64,000 nt of DNA from Vicugna vicugna. Taxonomy: Eukaryota. The first letter of the stretch is position 1. Every line of letters begins with the position of its first letter. The position numbers and the translations under genes are program-made. The stretch is taken from the NCBI GenBank assembly GCA_013265495.1, contig MU057487.1, positions 620,001 to 684,000 of the forward strand. The letters are read 5' to 3'. Shown here in pieces: positions 40,901 through 53,929 of the stretch. The notes beneath the pieces were generated by a model, which saw only the letters and a list, made by a program, of their open reading frames with translations, was not told the DNA's origin and ran no database searches.

Positions 40901-41232
40901 AGGATTTTCAGGGCAGTGAAAATGCTCTGTATGATATTATAATGATGGATACACATCATTATACATTTGTCCAAACTCATAAAATCTATAACATCAAGAG
41001 TGAACACTAAGGTAAACTATGAGCTTTAGGTCATTAACATGTGTTAATGTAAGTTTTAACATTTGTAAAACATCAATGATAGCATAAGTCCCAGTCTGGT
41101 GGGGATACTGATAATTGAGGGAGCTACGCATGTATAAGGGGTAGGGCTATATGGGAATAGGGGTAAATCTCTGTACCTTTGTCTCAGTTTTGCTGTGAAT
41201 CTAAAACTGCTCTGAAAAAAACAAAGTCTTAA
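37990..41232 (+). mobile_element. L1MC1-like LINE with 5'/ORF1 remnant, internally deleted ORF2 and complete 3' UTR, nested in an older L1ME (37640-37990, 41240-41520)
   Basis: ORF1-like SRLDTAEERVTELE (38956-39138), EN-start-like tcaataaccactttaaatgtca, ORF2 3' agtcttttcaacaaatggtgc onward, and the L1MC 3' UTR ggagcacagaggattttcagggcagtgaaa...ttttgctgtgaatctaaaactgctct. Confidence 0.85.
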
Positions 41233-42487
41233 GAAGATGTTATTGTTAATTGTGTAAGGAGAGAGAATGATACTGTAAATATGAAAGTAAAAAAGTCTAT
41301 ATTTTTAGCAATATACTTAGAAATACTGATGAAATGACATAATATTTAGAATATACATTTAAAATAATTCAAAAATAAAATAGAAAAAAGAAACAAAATA
41401 AGAAGCAAGAATAGAAAATTCTGGTAACTATTGAATGAATGATGAATAATAGGTGATTATTATACCATTGTCTATATGTTCATATTACACTTTATCTAAT
41501 GCTACATTTCCAACAACAAGGTAATGGTACACAGTAAGCACTGAGCCCAGAGTTGCAGTTCTTCCTGAAGGTGATCAATTTCATCCAGATCTTGTTATTT
41601 TTAAGAATTGTTCTATGTATCAATAATCATATTGCTGTGTATTCTGTGTATGAGACCATGCCATCTACCCTGCTTCGTATTCTGCTTTTTTCACCTACCT
41701 TGGGAATTTGCTTAACATTACATATAGAGCTACATTGTGCTTCTTAATGTCTGCATGTGATTCCATCTCTCAATTTTAAGGAATGTTGTTTTATCCATTC
41801 ATAACCCTGATAGAGAAAATGACTTTGGGGTTAAAAACAATCAATAAAAAACATTTTTTTCCACTCTCTCATGATACAAGTTTGATCACGGGAGCAAGAA
41901 AGAGGGCTTTTAGCTGGGAGCCCATCATTAATGGAAAAGCTGACACATTTTCATCCTCTCCTGATCTTTCCTGACACATACAGAACACTGAATGCCACAA
42001 GTACATGGGTAAGCCTAGGTATCTGATAAAACATGTCTTTACTTCTCAAAAGGAATGAAATAACATTACCCAGTGAGAAGATGGGAAGAAAAATATTCTT
42101 GAAGAAAAACGTGAAGAAGTTTGATTCAAGAAGACTTGATTTAATGACCTCTTCTATCAAAAATATTGTCACTGTTCAATAAATGTTTAAGTAGTACACC
42201 TCATAATTCATGAACAGTAATTAAATACAAAAAGCCAAAAGCAGGAATAGAATCAGGTTTCCTAGATATTGATTACTCTATGTAACATTTCAAGGTAAAG
42301 AGCTGGAGCCAGCACTTCATAGCCACAAGGGGTTTAGTTTTGTCACCTCTCAGAAGATAGACAAAGACAAATTCTCCCAGCATGTCCTCTCTCTTTGTCA
42401 TTTGTTCAAACAGAAAATCCAGCTGTCTACATACAGGTGAGGGTCCATACGAGTTAGTCTGGTGAGGAGACAAAAACCACACCAACT

Positions 42488-42890
42488 ATGAGGTCTTTTG
42501 TTATGTCAACTTGGCTGGGCTACTGTCACCAGTTATTCAATCAAACACTGATCTAGGTGTTGCTGTGAAGGTACTTTGGAGGTGTGACTAAGGTCCATAA
42601 TCAGTTGACTTTGAGGAGCAAAGACTAAATCTGGGTAGACCTGATTCAATCTGTAGAAAGGCTTTAAGAACAGAGCTGAGGTTTCCCTGGTAAGGGAGGA
42701 ATCCTGCCTGTGGATAGCAATTTCAGCCCATGGGCAAGTGTTCCCGCCTGCCATTCCTGACGACATGCCCGACGGATTTCAGGCTTGGCCAGTCAGCACC
42801 CATATTCATGTAAGACAATTCCTTGTTTCATATATATATATGAAAATATCTTCTACTGTTTCTTCTTTGGCTGAACTTTGATTCATATAC
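42488..42890 (+). mobile_element. MLT2-family (ERVL) solo LTR
   Basis: ttatgtcaacttggctgggcta...caaacactgatctaggtgttgctgtgaaggta...tcttctactgtttcttctttggctgaac. Confidence 0.8.
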
Positions 42891-43704
42891 CAGTTATGTG
42901 AACGGTGAGAATTTAATACAAATAATTAATTAGGTTAAAAGTTACTAGCTACGTAACTGAAAGGGTAAAATGGTAACTTTGAAATATGAACTTGCAAGTG
43001 AAGGGAGCAGTTACCACCTCCAGTGCTCAGAGCACAAAGGACAGAGAGAGGTCGGAATTGTTACACTTTAGTAACTCAGAGGAGAGAGCCTGTGGCCCTG
43101 GACAGCCGTCTGTGCGGGCAGTGCTAGCTGACATGCTTATGTCTCTGAGTGGGCATGGTAAGGCTGGTCTGCAGGACGAAGGAAAACTACAGATCGGCTA
43201 CAGCCGCTGCGTTAGAACAGCATTGCTGGTGCCAGAATGAAGAACCAAGGAGAGGGTGTTGCAGAGGGGAGTCACCGGCAGACAGGTAGGAAGTGAGCAG
43301 GGCATGTCTGTTTTTTCTCCTGGGGCTTTCCAGGCTCATTCCGGTGCTCTCTGTTGTTGGAAAGGAAGGAAAGGAACAAGGATTGAGTTGGCAATGCAAA
43401 AATGTGGTTTGCATCTAATGCAAACATTCAGAAAGATAAAGGTGAATTCGATTCAGGATTGATTACTGTCCTATCAATCAAGAAGACTTGATTTAAGACA
43501 CTCCTCTGTCCCAGAGGGAGGTTTGGCACTGAGAGAAAACGGCTTAATAACTAGAAGAGTTTTCAGATTGCTCAGAATACATACATACGTGAAAAAGCTG
43601 TATTCTCTCAAAGAAGAACCAAAAAAGCATATGAGTGGGCACACCTGTAGCTTACATACCATTTCCTAAGTCTTCTATTAAATGCAGCTAAATCAGAATT
43701 ATCT

Positions 43705-44250
43705 TGCTGGGGAGGGGAAAACTTCCCCCCCGCCCTTTTTGAGTTCTTGTGATTTGACTAACAATAAACTAGACACAAGACAGATTAACAGGAGAAAAAG
43801 AAACAAATTTTAATCCGTGCACACAGAGGTCTCATAGCAATGGGACATAAGAAACAGCCAAAGCAGGCAGCCTTTATACTTTGTAGGCAAAGAAACAATA
43901 CATTTGTGAGAAACTGACAGGGCAAAGAAACTCAGGCTTTGAGTGTGTAACTAGTGAAGAATCTAAACAGATTTGGGCTTGCGGTAGTAAATTAAAGGAA
44001 AAACAATTTCTATTTATAAAGCTCCTTGAACCGAAATTCCCTCTTTCTGGCACTAAGGGTGTCTCTCTATCTCTAGATGTATGTCTGGAGTGTACCTTTC
44101 ACATGTGAGATCTATTTACTGCTTTCAGAGGGACAGAGAGGAGGGTCAAAGTGTCCCCCTGGCATTAGCCACTTCTTAAGTAACTTGAATTCAAAATAAT
44201 CAGTATGCTATTGAGGCATATTTTAGGGTGACCTGCCCTGGGCCCCAACA
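43705..44250 (-). mobile_element. ERV1 solo LTR (MER34-like), 546 bp
   Basis: TG...CA termini with a perfect 4-bp TSD ATCT (43701-43704 / 44251-44254). Minus strand starts tgttggggcccagggcaggtcaccctaaaatatgcc. Confidence 0.85.
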
Positions 44251-44940
44251 ATCTACTGCCATATTTCCTTCTTTTAAAAAACAGCCATTTACATCATCTT
44301 CTGCTTAAAGCTTCACTTTGTATTCAAGACATGGTAAATTGATTTTCATCTCTATCAGACCACTTAAAATTCATCAATAATCACACCGGTTGCCAAAACA
44401 CTTTTTAAAATATTCCACCAAACTAATTATATTCTTTGAAGTAGGTCAGAAGTGGGGACAGAGTAGGAGTAAAAACTATCTACTTAGGAGTTATGCAATA
44501 TTCCAACTGTAAGTAAAAGGTGCGGGTAGGAATAGGAAGTACCATGATAAAGCAGGTTTATCAGAAAGTAAGAAACGATGACTTAGAGACCAGCTTGGCA
44601 TAGAGAATGAGAAAAAGAGGAAAATCTGGATCACCCTGACATTGTTTTGTTTTGTTTTGTTTTGTTTTAAGCAAAACTAGGCAAAAACAATAACAAAAAC
44701 AGCAGCAGGTCACCCAGTCTGGTTCACAGACGCTAACTGCACAAAGGCTCCCACATGCCTTCTGCTCTCACCTTAGGAAACAACTTGGCTTCTGGAAAAT
44801 GCCATCAGTTTCACGTACCTATAACTTTTCACAAGTTCTGCCTGGAATGCCTTGCCTTCCTTATCTTTCTGTGAACAACTTATTTGAATCTCCAGACTTA
44901 ATTCAAACGTCTCCTTCTCAGTAGCACCTCCTCTGTTCCC

Positions 44941-45029
44941 AGGCTGCGGCATTGCACAGCTGCAGGGAGATCGTTCACATCTGCTTCATGTAAATGATGT
45001 CCCCTTGGAGTTGTGCAACTTGACAGCCT
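44941..45029. mobile_element. MER91-like palindromic hAT MITE remnant
   Basis: aggctg...ttgcacagctgcaggg..ttcacat / atgtaaa..ccttggagttgtgcaa...cagcct inverted repeat. Confidence 0.65.
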
Positions 45030-45069
45030 TCCTCTGACCTCCCCAAGCAAAGTCTGGGTAGGCCATGCT

Positions 45070-45087
45070 ATCTGTCTGTCTGTCTGA

Positions 45088-45118
<31 letters not shown>
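45070..45118 (+). repeat. (TCTG)n(TCTA)n microsatellite
   Basis: Directly visible. Confidence 0.9.
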
Positions 45119-45505
45119 CTTTATTAGTCTCCTAAGGCTGCTGAAACAATACCACAGGCTGGATGGCTTAAACTGCAGAAATTTAATGTCTCCCAGTCCT
45201 GGAGTCTGAAAGACAAGGTCCTGTCGGGTTGGTTTCTGGTGTGACCTGTCTTCTGGGCTTGTAGACGGTGCCTTTGTGCTCTGGCCTCATGTGGCCTCTC
45301 CTCTGTGCACTCAAGCGGGAGAGAGAGCTCTCTGGTGTCCCCGCCTATTCTTACCAGGACCCAAGTCCTAATGCATTAGATCCCTATTTTTGTGACCTCA
45401 TTTAACCTAAACTACCTCCCTAAAGGCCTATGTTCAAATGCAATCACATCAGAAGTTAGGGCTTTAATATAGGAACTTTGAAGGTACACCATTCATCTCA
45501 TAACA
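45117..45505 (-). mobile_element. MLT1A-like MaLR solo LTR
   Basis: ttagtctcctaaggctgct..aacaataccacaggctggatggcttaaac...gacctcatttaacctaaactacctccctaaaggcc...cataaca. Confidence 0.85.
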
Positions 45506-45612
45506 CTATCCAGCTACATGGGAGTCCCTATTCCCTCATAGTCATATTCTCATGTCTGCAAACCAATGACACCTGACTTCCTTCAAGTAAAAGACTGTAT
45601 TCTATATGCCCT

Positions 45613-45735
45613 TGTTGTACATTAAAAATGGCCACAAAAACCTCTTGCTCCCTTGCCTTCAGAGATGGCCCTCCCTGTCTATGGAGTGTGTATCTACTTT
45701 TTCTTTAAACTGAATACCAATTCTGTACCTCATGG

Positions 45736-45768
<33 letters not shown>

Positions 45769-46316
45769 CTTCTGAGACAGCCTGCACTCTGTCTGTGGAG
45801 TGTACCTCTTTCTAAATAAATCTACTTTGATTAAAAAAAATGGCCACAAATACTTCAACATTTCTACTGGTGGGTGGGATTTACTTTCCCTCCTTTTGAA
45901 TTTTGACAGGAGCTGTCACTATTTTGTTCAATAGATTAGAGTAGAAGCAACTTGTGTCAGGTTCCATATCTAGGCCCATAAGAAGCTAGCAGCTTTCACT
46001 TCCTGTCTTTGAAAAACAATTGCTTTTGGATCCAAGCCCCCATAATATGAGGAAGCCCAAATAGCTCCATGAAGGAAACTACCTGGGGAGAAATCAAGGC
46101 TGACTGTGCTCTTAGCTGACAACTGGGACCAACTTGTTCACCATATAAGTGTATCATCTTGGAAATGATTCCTTCAGCAGAGTTGATGCCATGCAGAGGA
46201 GAGACATACTGCCCCAGAAAAATCCTGGTCAAATTACACATTTGTTAGCAAAATAAAGGATCGCTGTTTTAAGCCACTAAGTTTTGAGGTGGCTTGCTAC
46301 CAATAAATAGATAACC
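45613..46316 (+). mobile_element. MLT1(F/G/H)-like MaLR LTR, interrupted by a ~197-bp insertion
   Basis: aaaaatggccacaaatacttc...gcagctttcacttcctgtc...tgttttaagccactaagttttgaggtggcttgctac..atagataac. Confidence 0.75.
45639..45835 (+). mobile_element. Polyadenylated MER41-like LTR R-region fragment with 15-bp TSD
   Basis: TSD aaaaatggccacaaa at 45624-45638 / 45836-45850. AATAAA 45815-45820 followed by an A-run from 45833. Shares gagacagcc...ctgtct(a/g)tggagtgt and ctaaataaatct with the minus strand of the LTR at 52462-52965. Confidence 0.75.
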
Positions 46317-46591
46317 TCTGCCCTTTGTGCTCCTGTTCTCTGGCTTAGCACAGTGTCTAAAGCATTCTGACATTAACCTTTAATAAAGAAATAATGTATA
46401 TGCAAGGTCCCAAGCAAGATAAAATGTGTGTAAAAGACAGGCTTGATGTTGCGTTTTGCAAGCCTGAACTTCCAGCCAGATGGGAAATGAGACACATACA
46501 CCACGACAACATAGATGAGAACAAGTGACACAAAAATTCAACCAACAAAATGTCATGGTGTACTAAAAAGGAAGAACAAGACTGTGTGAGA

Positions 46592-47150
46592 AGTGTAGGC
46601 TTGGGACTCTTTAGTTTGCAAGCAATAGAAAACTTAATTCAAACTCAAATGATTTGGAAAATGTATCAAATAATATAGCTGTAAACTCCTAGGCTTCTAG
46701 TTCAGTCAGTCATGGTCTAGTGGCTCAACAATGTCCCTCAAGACCTAGTTTCTTCATATTTCTCTTGAATTCTGCTGGTGTGTCTGCTTAAGCCTAAATC
46801 TGCATTCCTTGTAGTTACAAGATGGCAGCAACAGCTGTGGAGAAATTATACGCTCCATTTCTAATTTGTAAGAGAAAAAGAGGAGCTCCACCAAAGAGTA
46901 ATGAAACTACTTTCCCAGAAGCCCCCATCAAACATCTGCTAGCATCTCAGACATATGCCAATTCATCAACCAATGTCCATGGCCAAAGGAATTGAATATG
47001 CTTATTGGTTTAAGTCAGTCAGAAACTTCTCCTGGAGAAGAGTGATGGACTACTGGAGGGACAGGTGAGTGTTTCAGCCAAAATAAGACTACTATTTCCA
47101 GCATAAGGGAGAATGGATGTTGGATAGTCAAAATCCCAAACAAATACATA
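46592..47150 (-). mobile_element. Old MLT1(K/L)-like MaLR LTR
   Basis: gggactctttagtttgcaagcaatagaaaac..aattcaaact...caagatggcagcaacagct...caaccaatgtccatggccaagga. Confidence 0.55.
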
Positions 47151-50100
47151 TTTATGGATGTGAGATTTGAGACAGACTTTGAAGAATAGTTGTGTATAAG
47201 GGATGGGGGTTGCTGGGGACGGGACAATGTAACCAGAGCTCAGTGTCAGGAAAATACAATGGATGTGAAGGGAACGTCAAATGGCCTAGCTTTACAGGAA
47301 GAACAAAGGAATATTTAACCTGATAAATATGACTCATAGGAGGTTTATCTGTGGCTTTTTAGATATCCTTGAGCCCCTTAAAAATGATATAAAGAATGTT
47401 GGGTGTATAGATACATGGGTATCATCCTGGAGCGAAAAGTCCACAGAGAGTCTAAGGCGTGGGTAACAAAGAACAGAACAGAACAAAACAAAACAAAACA
47501 AAAAGTCACAGTGACTGAAACAGAGTAATGTGGTAGAAAATTCCATACAAAAAAATAAGGTTGTATTAGGTGCTAAGTTCTTAAATGCCAGAGTGCAACT
47601 TTTGTACTTAATTGAAAGGACCTAGCACAGGTCCTTTAGAAAGCAGATTGGAGAATTCGCTGATTTTCATGGAAGATAATAAATTCAATGTTGAGTGTAT
47701 TGATTTTAAGATGATGGTAAGACAGTGTCTAAACAGGAAACTGGAATTCGGAACTGAAGCCCAGGGTAACCATTGAGGTTGATGGTACACTTGTGGCACT
47801 TAAAAACAGAAGCCGACATAATTATTGGCATGTGGCTCCTATCAGAACAACAGATTCCACTGCATTCTTTTATCGTAGCTCATGTTGCTTGTTCCAGTGT
47901 CCAATTCTTGAGCTCTCAGCTAAATTGAAGTTCTTTCATCTAATGAGGGCAGTGTGCAGGGAGATGAAATTGGCTTAGGGGAATTCATTTTGCATTGGCA
48001 ATGTTTCCTTCATAAACATTCAAGTTTAATTCCATCTTGCTTTAACCAAAGATAAAGTGGCAGCAAGTCAACGTGCTTTTCCCATGAGCATTTGGAGAGT
48101 CTTAGCCCCCCAAATGTGGCAAACTGTCTTTCAATAATGCCTGTTAATTTTATGAGAGGTATGGTTTATTAAATGCCTTTTTAAACCTATGAGGGAAAAG
48201 AGATTTTATTTTGAGAAAAGAACTCCAGCCTTGACACTTCATGTTTTCTTTCCAAATAGTGGTTAATTAAGATTTAAATTCTATTCAATCATTCCTAAGT
48301 AGTTTTGTACAATAATAAATCCTTCAACCGGATAGGGTATAATGCAGATAAACCACTGGCATGGGTTAGAATTGGAAGAAAACAGAATAGTATCATATAC
48401 TGTTTGGTGACATTTGATTTCAATCATTCAGGTGAAACTGGGTATAATTGGTAGGTAATAAGCAGACTTGTTCTACCTTAGGCACTTAGGATTTCTCTTG
48501 CAACAGTAATTAGCATAAGTAAGTAATTTCTGAGCATTTCCTAATGAATAATTATGTATTAGTAAGTATTTGTAGAATGACATATGACTTGGAAGGAAAA
48601 AGGAGAGTAGGAATGTACTGAATAAATAAGAAACACTAAATAAAACAAATAAAGAACAGAATTTTTAAAGTTCTTTTTATTAAGAACTATTTGAGTATTA
48701 CCCCAGTGCCCAAATTTCATTAGCCCCTTCCTTCACTTTCATATAGCCCTATAATCTTTTATCTTATCCTTACAATAGAAAAGAGATTTACAAAGCTGTG
48801 GTGCGTATAAGATACTTTAATCCTGACACACATTGTCTTCCAGGGATGTCTGTCACTCCCCGTTTTATTTTTTGCAGAGTCCCGATTAGCTCCCATGCTA
48901 TTGATATTCTAAATTATAGTATTTAAGATTCATCTTTCTCTTGACTAGTATCTATCTTCTGATGAAAATCTTTTTATAGAAAGTTTCTTTAGTGGTTTTA
49001 TAAAGGCATGATCTCTCAATTCTTTCGCTCTCATTTTGTTTTCCATTTAGACAGTCATAAAAAGGAGGTAATGCTTTGAACCATGGCTTGCAATATGTAT
49101 CATTTGTATAGGAATCTTATAACAAGAAGACTACAGCAAAAGGAATGGCATCAAGAACATTAATCAAACTGTGATATTACTCACTTGGGCTGAGTGATCC
49201 AGCTGCCCTAACAGGTACAGGAGGAGATTTCGGACATCGTTAGAGGCTGTGGCTAGCCTTGTAAGAACTGAGTGCATCCTACCCAACAGATTCTCTAAGA
49301 AAGTTACATTATTTTAGAACACATTTGGTTTCAGTCAATATATGTATTTGCATTTCTAGATGCAGCCACAAATGTGGAAGCTAGCTTAAGCTGTATTTCT
49401 AGTGTTTTAAAAGACAAATCTACCACTATTGGCCACAAATGGCACCAAGATCAGATAATAACAAACAAAAGAGGTTTTATACAAGATAAATAAAAAGACT
49501 TTTAAAATTCATTTATAACTAAGCTTAAAAGCCACTGATGAGAATTTCCCCCCGGAAACCAGCTTTTGTTTTGTAAGGCATAGGTTCCTTAAAATCATGA
49601 TTGCTACGTGTCTACCCACAGGCCTCTCCTCCCACCCCAACAGGGTTTCGATTAGTCTGTAGTAAAATAAACCAAATAGAGGCAGTGAAATATAGTTATC
49701 ATGTAATTAAATTTATTTCATTCAAAGGAAACTTTTTCTGCTTGAAAGGTGTATCTTCCAAAAGGTTTTGGTATTAAAATGGTTTTGTATTATGAAATGC
49801 CAATACAGATAAAAGGTTTTTTGTGGTTTTGATTGTATTTTTTAATGACAAAAACTGGCAACAAGACATTTATCCTCTTAAATTTTATTGGCAATTTCAC
49901 TCATCTACAGACTCTCATTGCTAGGGAGTGGTTCAGTGTGGAGACCCCTACACAAGCCTTCTGGGGGCAGCCGGTCTCTGCTCTGCACTGTAGGGCAGCC
50001 CCCTCCAGCGTGTGTTCTCACACACAGAAACACCACGCGACCTTACAGAATCTTGCAAACAATGAGAAGAGTCCTTGCACTGAATGACAAGTTGCCTCTC

Positions 50101-51930
50101 TCTGGGCATTACAATGTTAGTGGGAGCCATCAGAAGGGTGGCTGTCATTGAGGGTAGCAGACCAACGTGGAGTTGACCTTGGCCAGAGAGGGGTGAGAGA
50201 CGGAATCTACCTCTGTCCTTATGTAAGGACAAATTTATCTGAACCCTTATTACTTAATCCTTACATCCCATTTAAAAGAAAACATGATAGTAAGACTCAT
50301 AAATCTAGTATGGTTTGTTTGTGGTCTCACAGCTACTGGCAGATCCAGAATTCACAAATCAAAAATCTGACTTCTCTGAGTTCCAAGTGACTTCAGCTTT
50401 TACGAAAAGGATCTGTTTGGGGAAGATTTGGGGATTATCTGCCGAGGCATAAAGATTGCAAACAATTCAAGTAAATTTTATGGGGATCATAAGAACAAAG
50501 TAGCTGTCAAAATACATATGCCTGTGAAATACAATCCTTATATATTTTTTCATGAAATGATCCTCAGTTTACCTATGCCCTGAAATGTTTTGCATTTATT
50601 TGCAACTTGTTATTCTGCTAGAGATAAACACATTCCAGTCTTTCCACTTAGTTCCACATGGGTAAATGACTCCTTCAGTTCACAGCTATTTTTTAATTAA
50701 AGGAAATGCATGTTCCCCTTTGGTTGTGTTTCGCAACACTGAGGAAACTCATCTAACTGAATCAACGCAAGATTACACCCACAACCAAGAGCTTTGTGAT
50801 AACACATTTTTTCCTAAGGGTATTGCATCTGGCAGTTTTGTGGCTAACAGACCTGTGCTGACTTTTCCAAGAGAGAGGATACAGGCAAATTGTAGGTTTT
50901 CCTGAACAAGAAAATAGATGGGAACATAGAGAGTTATATGGACTATCTTAAAGCCATCCCCTCACCATGGCCAATAGTAACAGTGCTGTTCAGCAGAGTA
51001 TTGTGTGAGCTGTATGTCAAGGGGCTTAAACCTGAATGCTGATTTAGCATAAGATTTTGATCGATTCATTTTATTTCCCATTGCTTTCTTCAATACCTTT
51101 CATTTGCTTTCTCTTGCAAAACACTCCAGATATCATTAATTCACGTTTTTAAGGTCTCTAGCTTGTTATTACAATTGGGCCATTGCACCTCAAAACCCAA
51201 AAGGCCTTTCTAGACATCATTGCTATTCTGAACAAAACCTGTCTGTCTAGATTTTATATTGGTTGCAGATCTCTGTAAGAACAGCCTTAAGAATAAGCCC
51301 TTTTATTCCGATTTATAGCTTTACCTTGTGCACTTCTTTCATTTCACCTTCCCTAGGGGCATTTTAGTGAGGAAGGAGCATAATAAATATGCTACTGAGC
51401 CCCGGTGAGTTCACCCTTCCAGAGATTGTAAGTTTAATGGTTTGTTTTTGAATCTGAAAGTCAGAAAGAGGACAGTCATGTGGCTGGTGTGGACATCAGT
51501 GTAGGGGACATGGCTGTTACAGAGGCCAGCGTGGCTTCAGTTAGGATTAGTCAGTTTATCTCGATAGACAAACGTATAAACAAGATGAATGCATTTGAAT
51601 ATTTGGAGGAATAAGAACCTTGAATACAGAGCTCTTAATACTGCCTGTCTGTGCAAATTATTCTTTCTGGGGATAAGAAATAAATGAGCCATTTAAAAGA
51701 GAGTTGATGACTGTGATGCAAAACCCTAAATAACCAAAATGCACTACAGTTTCATTGCTGTGTCCCCAGAAGTTCCCAAGAGCAGGAGGGCTTCAGAAGG
51801 ACCAAGAGGGAAAAGTGCAGTATATCTGAGGAAAACTGGGGATCTCAGCTGCCCTCACTTGGGAAAAGCAAATATGGTAAGAAGACGACTATAAGCTATT
51901 TTTTAAATCTTTCTTTAAATTCAAAAAAAT

Positions 51931-52054
51931 TGGGGGGAGGGGGTGTAATTAGATTTACATATTTATTTAATTCTTTTCTTAATGGAGGGACTGGGGATTG
52001 AACTCAGGACTTTGTGCATGGTAAGCATGCACTCTACCACTAAGCTGTCCGCTC
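51931..52054 (-). mobile_element. tRNA-Ala-derived SINE (camelid vic-1-like)
   Basis: gtaattagattt...ggactggggattgaactcaggactttgtgcatggtaagcatgcactctaccactaagct is the reverse complement of the same family. Confidence 0.85.
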
Positions 52055-52452
52055 GCTGACCTTAAGCTAGTTTGTGTTTCAGGCTCAGCTACCCCAGGCC
52101 CTGCCTTCCACAGCTCCTGGCATCTAGACCCAGCCTCAGGCCTCCTGATCCTGGGACCAGTCATAGAAGAGGAAAGGCATGAGGAGGAATCCCCAAGGCC
52201 CTTGTTTACTGGGATGAGAAATTGAATCAGTCTGCAACGTTGAGTTCTGTAGGTCCCAACACAATTATTGAACTCCCACATCTTCCTGAGTTTCCACAGC
52301 TTCCTCTCAATCAAAACAAAGATCGAGGCTCTTGGGAAGGATGCAGTGTTCCTTTCCTCCCATTTGGTCCAGGGTCTGGGACTAAGCTATTGCCTTGTGG
52401 TCCACTCTGACCCTGCCCAGGGGTCTAGCATCTTTGGTATTAAAAAAAAAAA

Positions 52453-53925
52453 TTTTTTTTTGAGTAAAGGCAGATTTATTTAGAGATACATCAAAAAGCA
52501 AGAGAAAGGCCACGAGGTGTGGTGGTTGGGTGCTCAGATTAGAGTAAAATTAGGTACACACTCCATAGACAGAATGTGGGCTGTCTCCAAAGAGGAGGGA
52601 GAGAGAAAGTGGCAGCACCAGGTACCATTTTGCCAGCTTTATGGGCTGGGTAGTTTCATATGCTAATAAGTGGAAGGACCAGTCTAACTAGCCTGGGGAA
52701 GGGGCTGGGATTCCCAGGAAGTTGGCCATTTCCCACTCTTTGACCTTTTGTAGCTAGCCTGGGGACTGTTATGGCGCCTGTGAGCGTGTTATTCACCATG
52801 CTAATATACTGCAATAGGCATATAATGAAGCTCAAGATCTGCTAGAAGTCAAATCTTCTACCATCTTGAGCCTCAAGGCTTACTGGGGGTTGAATCTTCC
52901 ACCATGTTTATGTTAATTGCTGCATCCTTCCTTGAATGGCTGTGCCCTGCCCCCTTCCTATCTTATCCCCCCTCAGAAGTTTTACTCCCATAATTTTACA
53001 GGGCTGCAAAGGGGCCATGGTCCTTCTTCTGAAACTACTCCCAGGCTGAGTAGGGACGTAGACCCTGCCTATCAGGGAGTAAAAATCTCTGAAGGCCTAA
53101 TCTAGGGGCCCCGGGGCAGGACAGCCTTTTGTTTTTGAGCCCGAGGGCTGAGGGCGTGGGCTAGAATCCTCAGAGTCATCATCTGATGTGGGGCTGCTGT
53201 CACCCACTGTTTTCATTGACTTTTGATGAATCTTTTTAAAGATGAAGCACCTTTGTAACAGCAGGTTAACAGTCAATATCGACAAAAAGACTGCAAAGTC
53301 CTGGTTAAATATCTGCAACCGATAAAGAGACTTGTTTGCAAATTAAAATTATGACTGATTATATTTAACTTAACATATTAAATAATCCTAGTTAACTTAA
53401 TATCTAAGATGCTTCTGGTATTCTTTAAAGCATCTCAAAGTTAACTGGAGCTGCAAAAACTTTTTGAATTTGTTAAATAGTTAAAATCCTGATTATGCAT
53501 GAAACTTTTTGTTTTAGTATTTTTTCACGAAAGTCTTACTGAAAACATACATCTTTCTTTCCCACTGTATACTGAAATATTTCCTATTTTAGGAGCTTTA
53601 GTTACATATATTATAACTTTAACCCTTGAAAACCTTAAATCTCTGACAAAAACCAAGAAGCAAGCAACTGTGCATTGGTTGTTACATCACCATTTCCTGA
53701 CTGGAAACTTATGTTTCAGTTTTTTCTCCTAAGGCAAAGGTAGATAAACTTAGACCTGCCTGGCAATTAATGTTTTAATATTTTATAAATGACAGATAGT
53801 CAGTGAACTTTTTAACTTAGTTTCAAGCTTTAAGTACCAAAATTTGGAGAGACAGTTTTAGATCGATATTTTTAAAATAAGACTCCTATAGAGTTTACCC
53901 AAAATTTCTTATTTTGTTTACTTTT
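52453..53925 (-). mobile_element. ERV1 (MER41-like) 3' LTR lacking U5, with upstream internal sequence
   Basis: On the minus strand: AT-rich MER4-group-like internal region, PPT GAGGGGGGA (52966-52974), LTR U3-R 52965-52462, AATAAA (52475-52480) and A9 tail (52453-52461). The LTR segment ctgttatggcgcctgtgagcgtg..catgctaat...gcatataatga resembles recalled MER41. Confidence 0.75.
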
Positions 53926-53929
53926 TAAA

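Noticed and set aside
53097..53318. 73-aa ORF as a captured env gene
   Set aside because: Short, non-ATG start and inside a decayed ERV internal region. At most a remnant.
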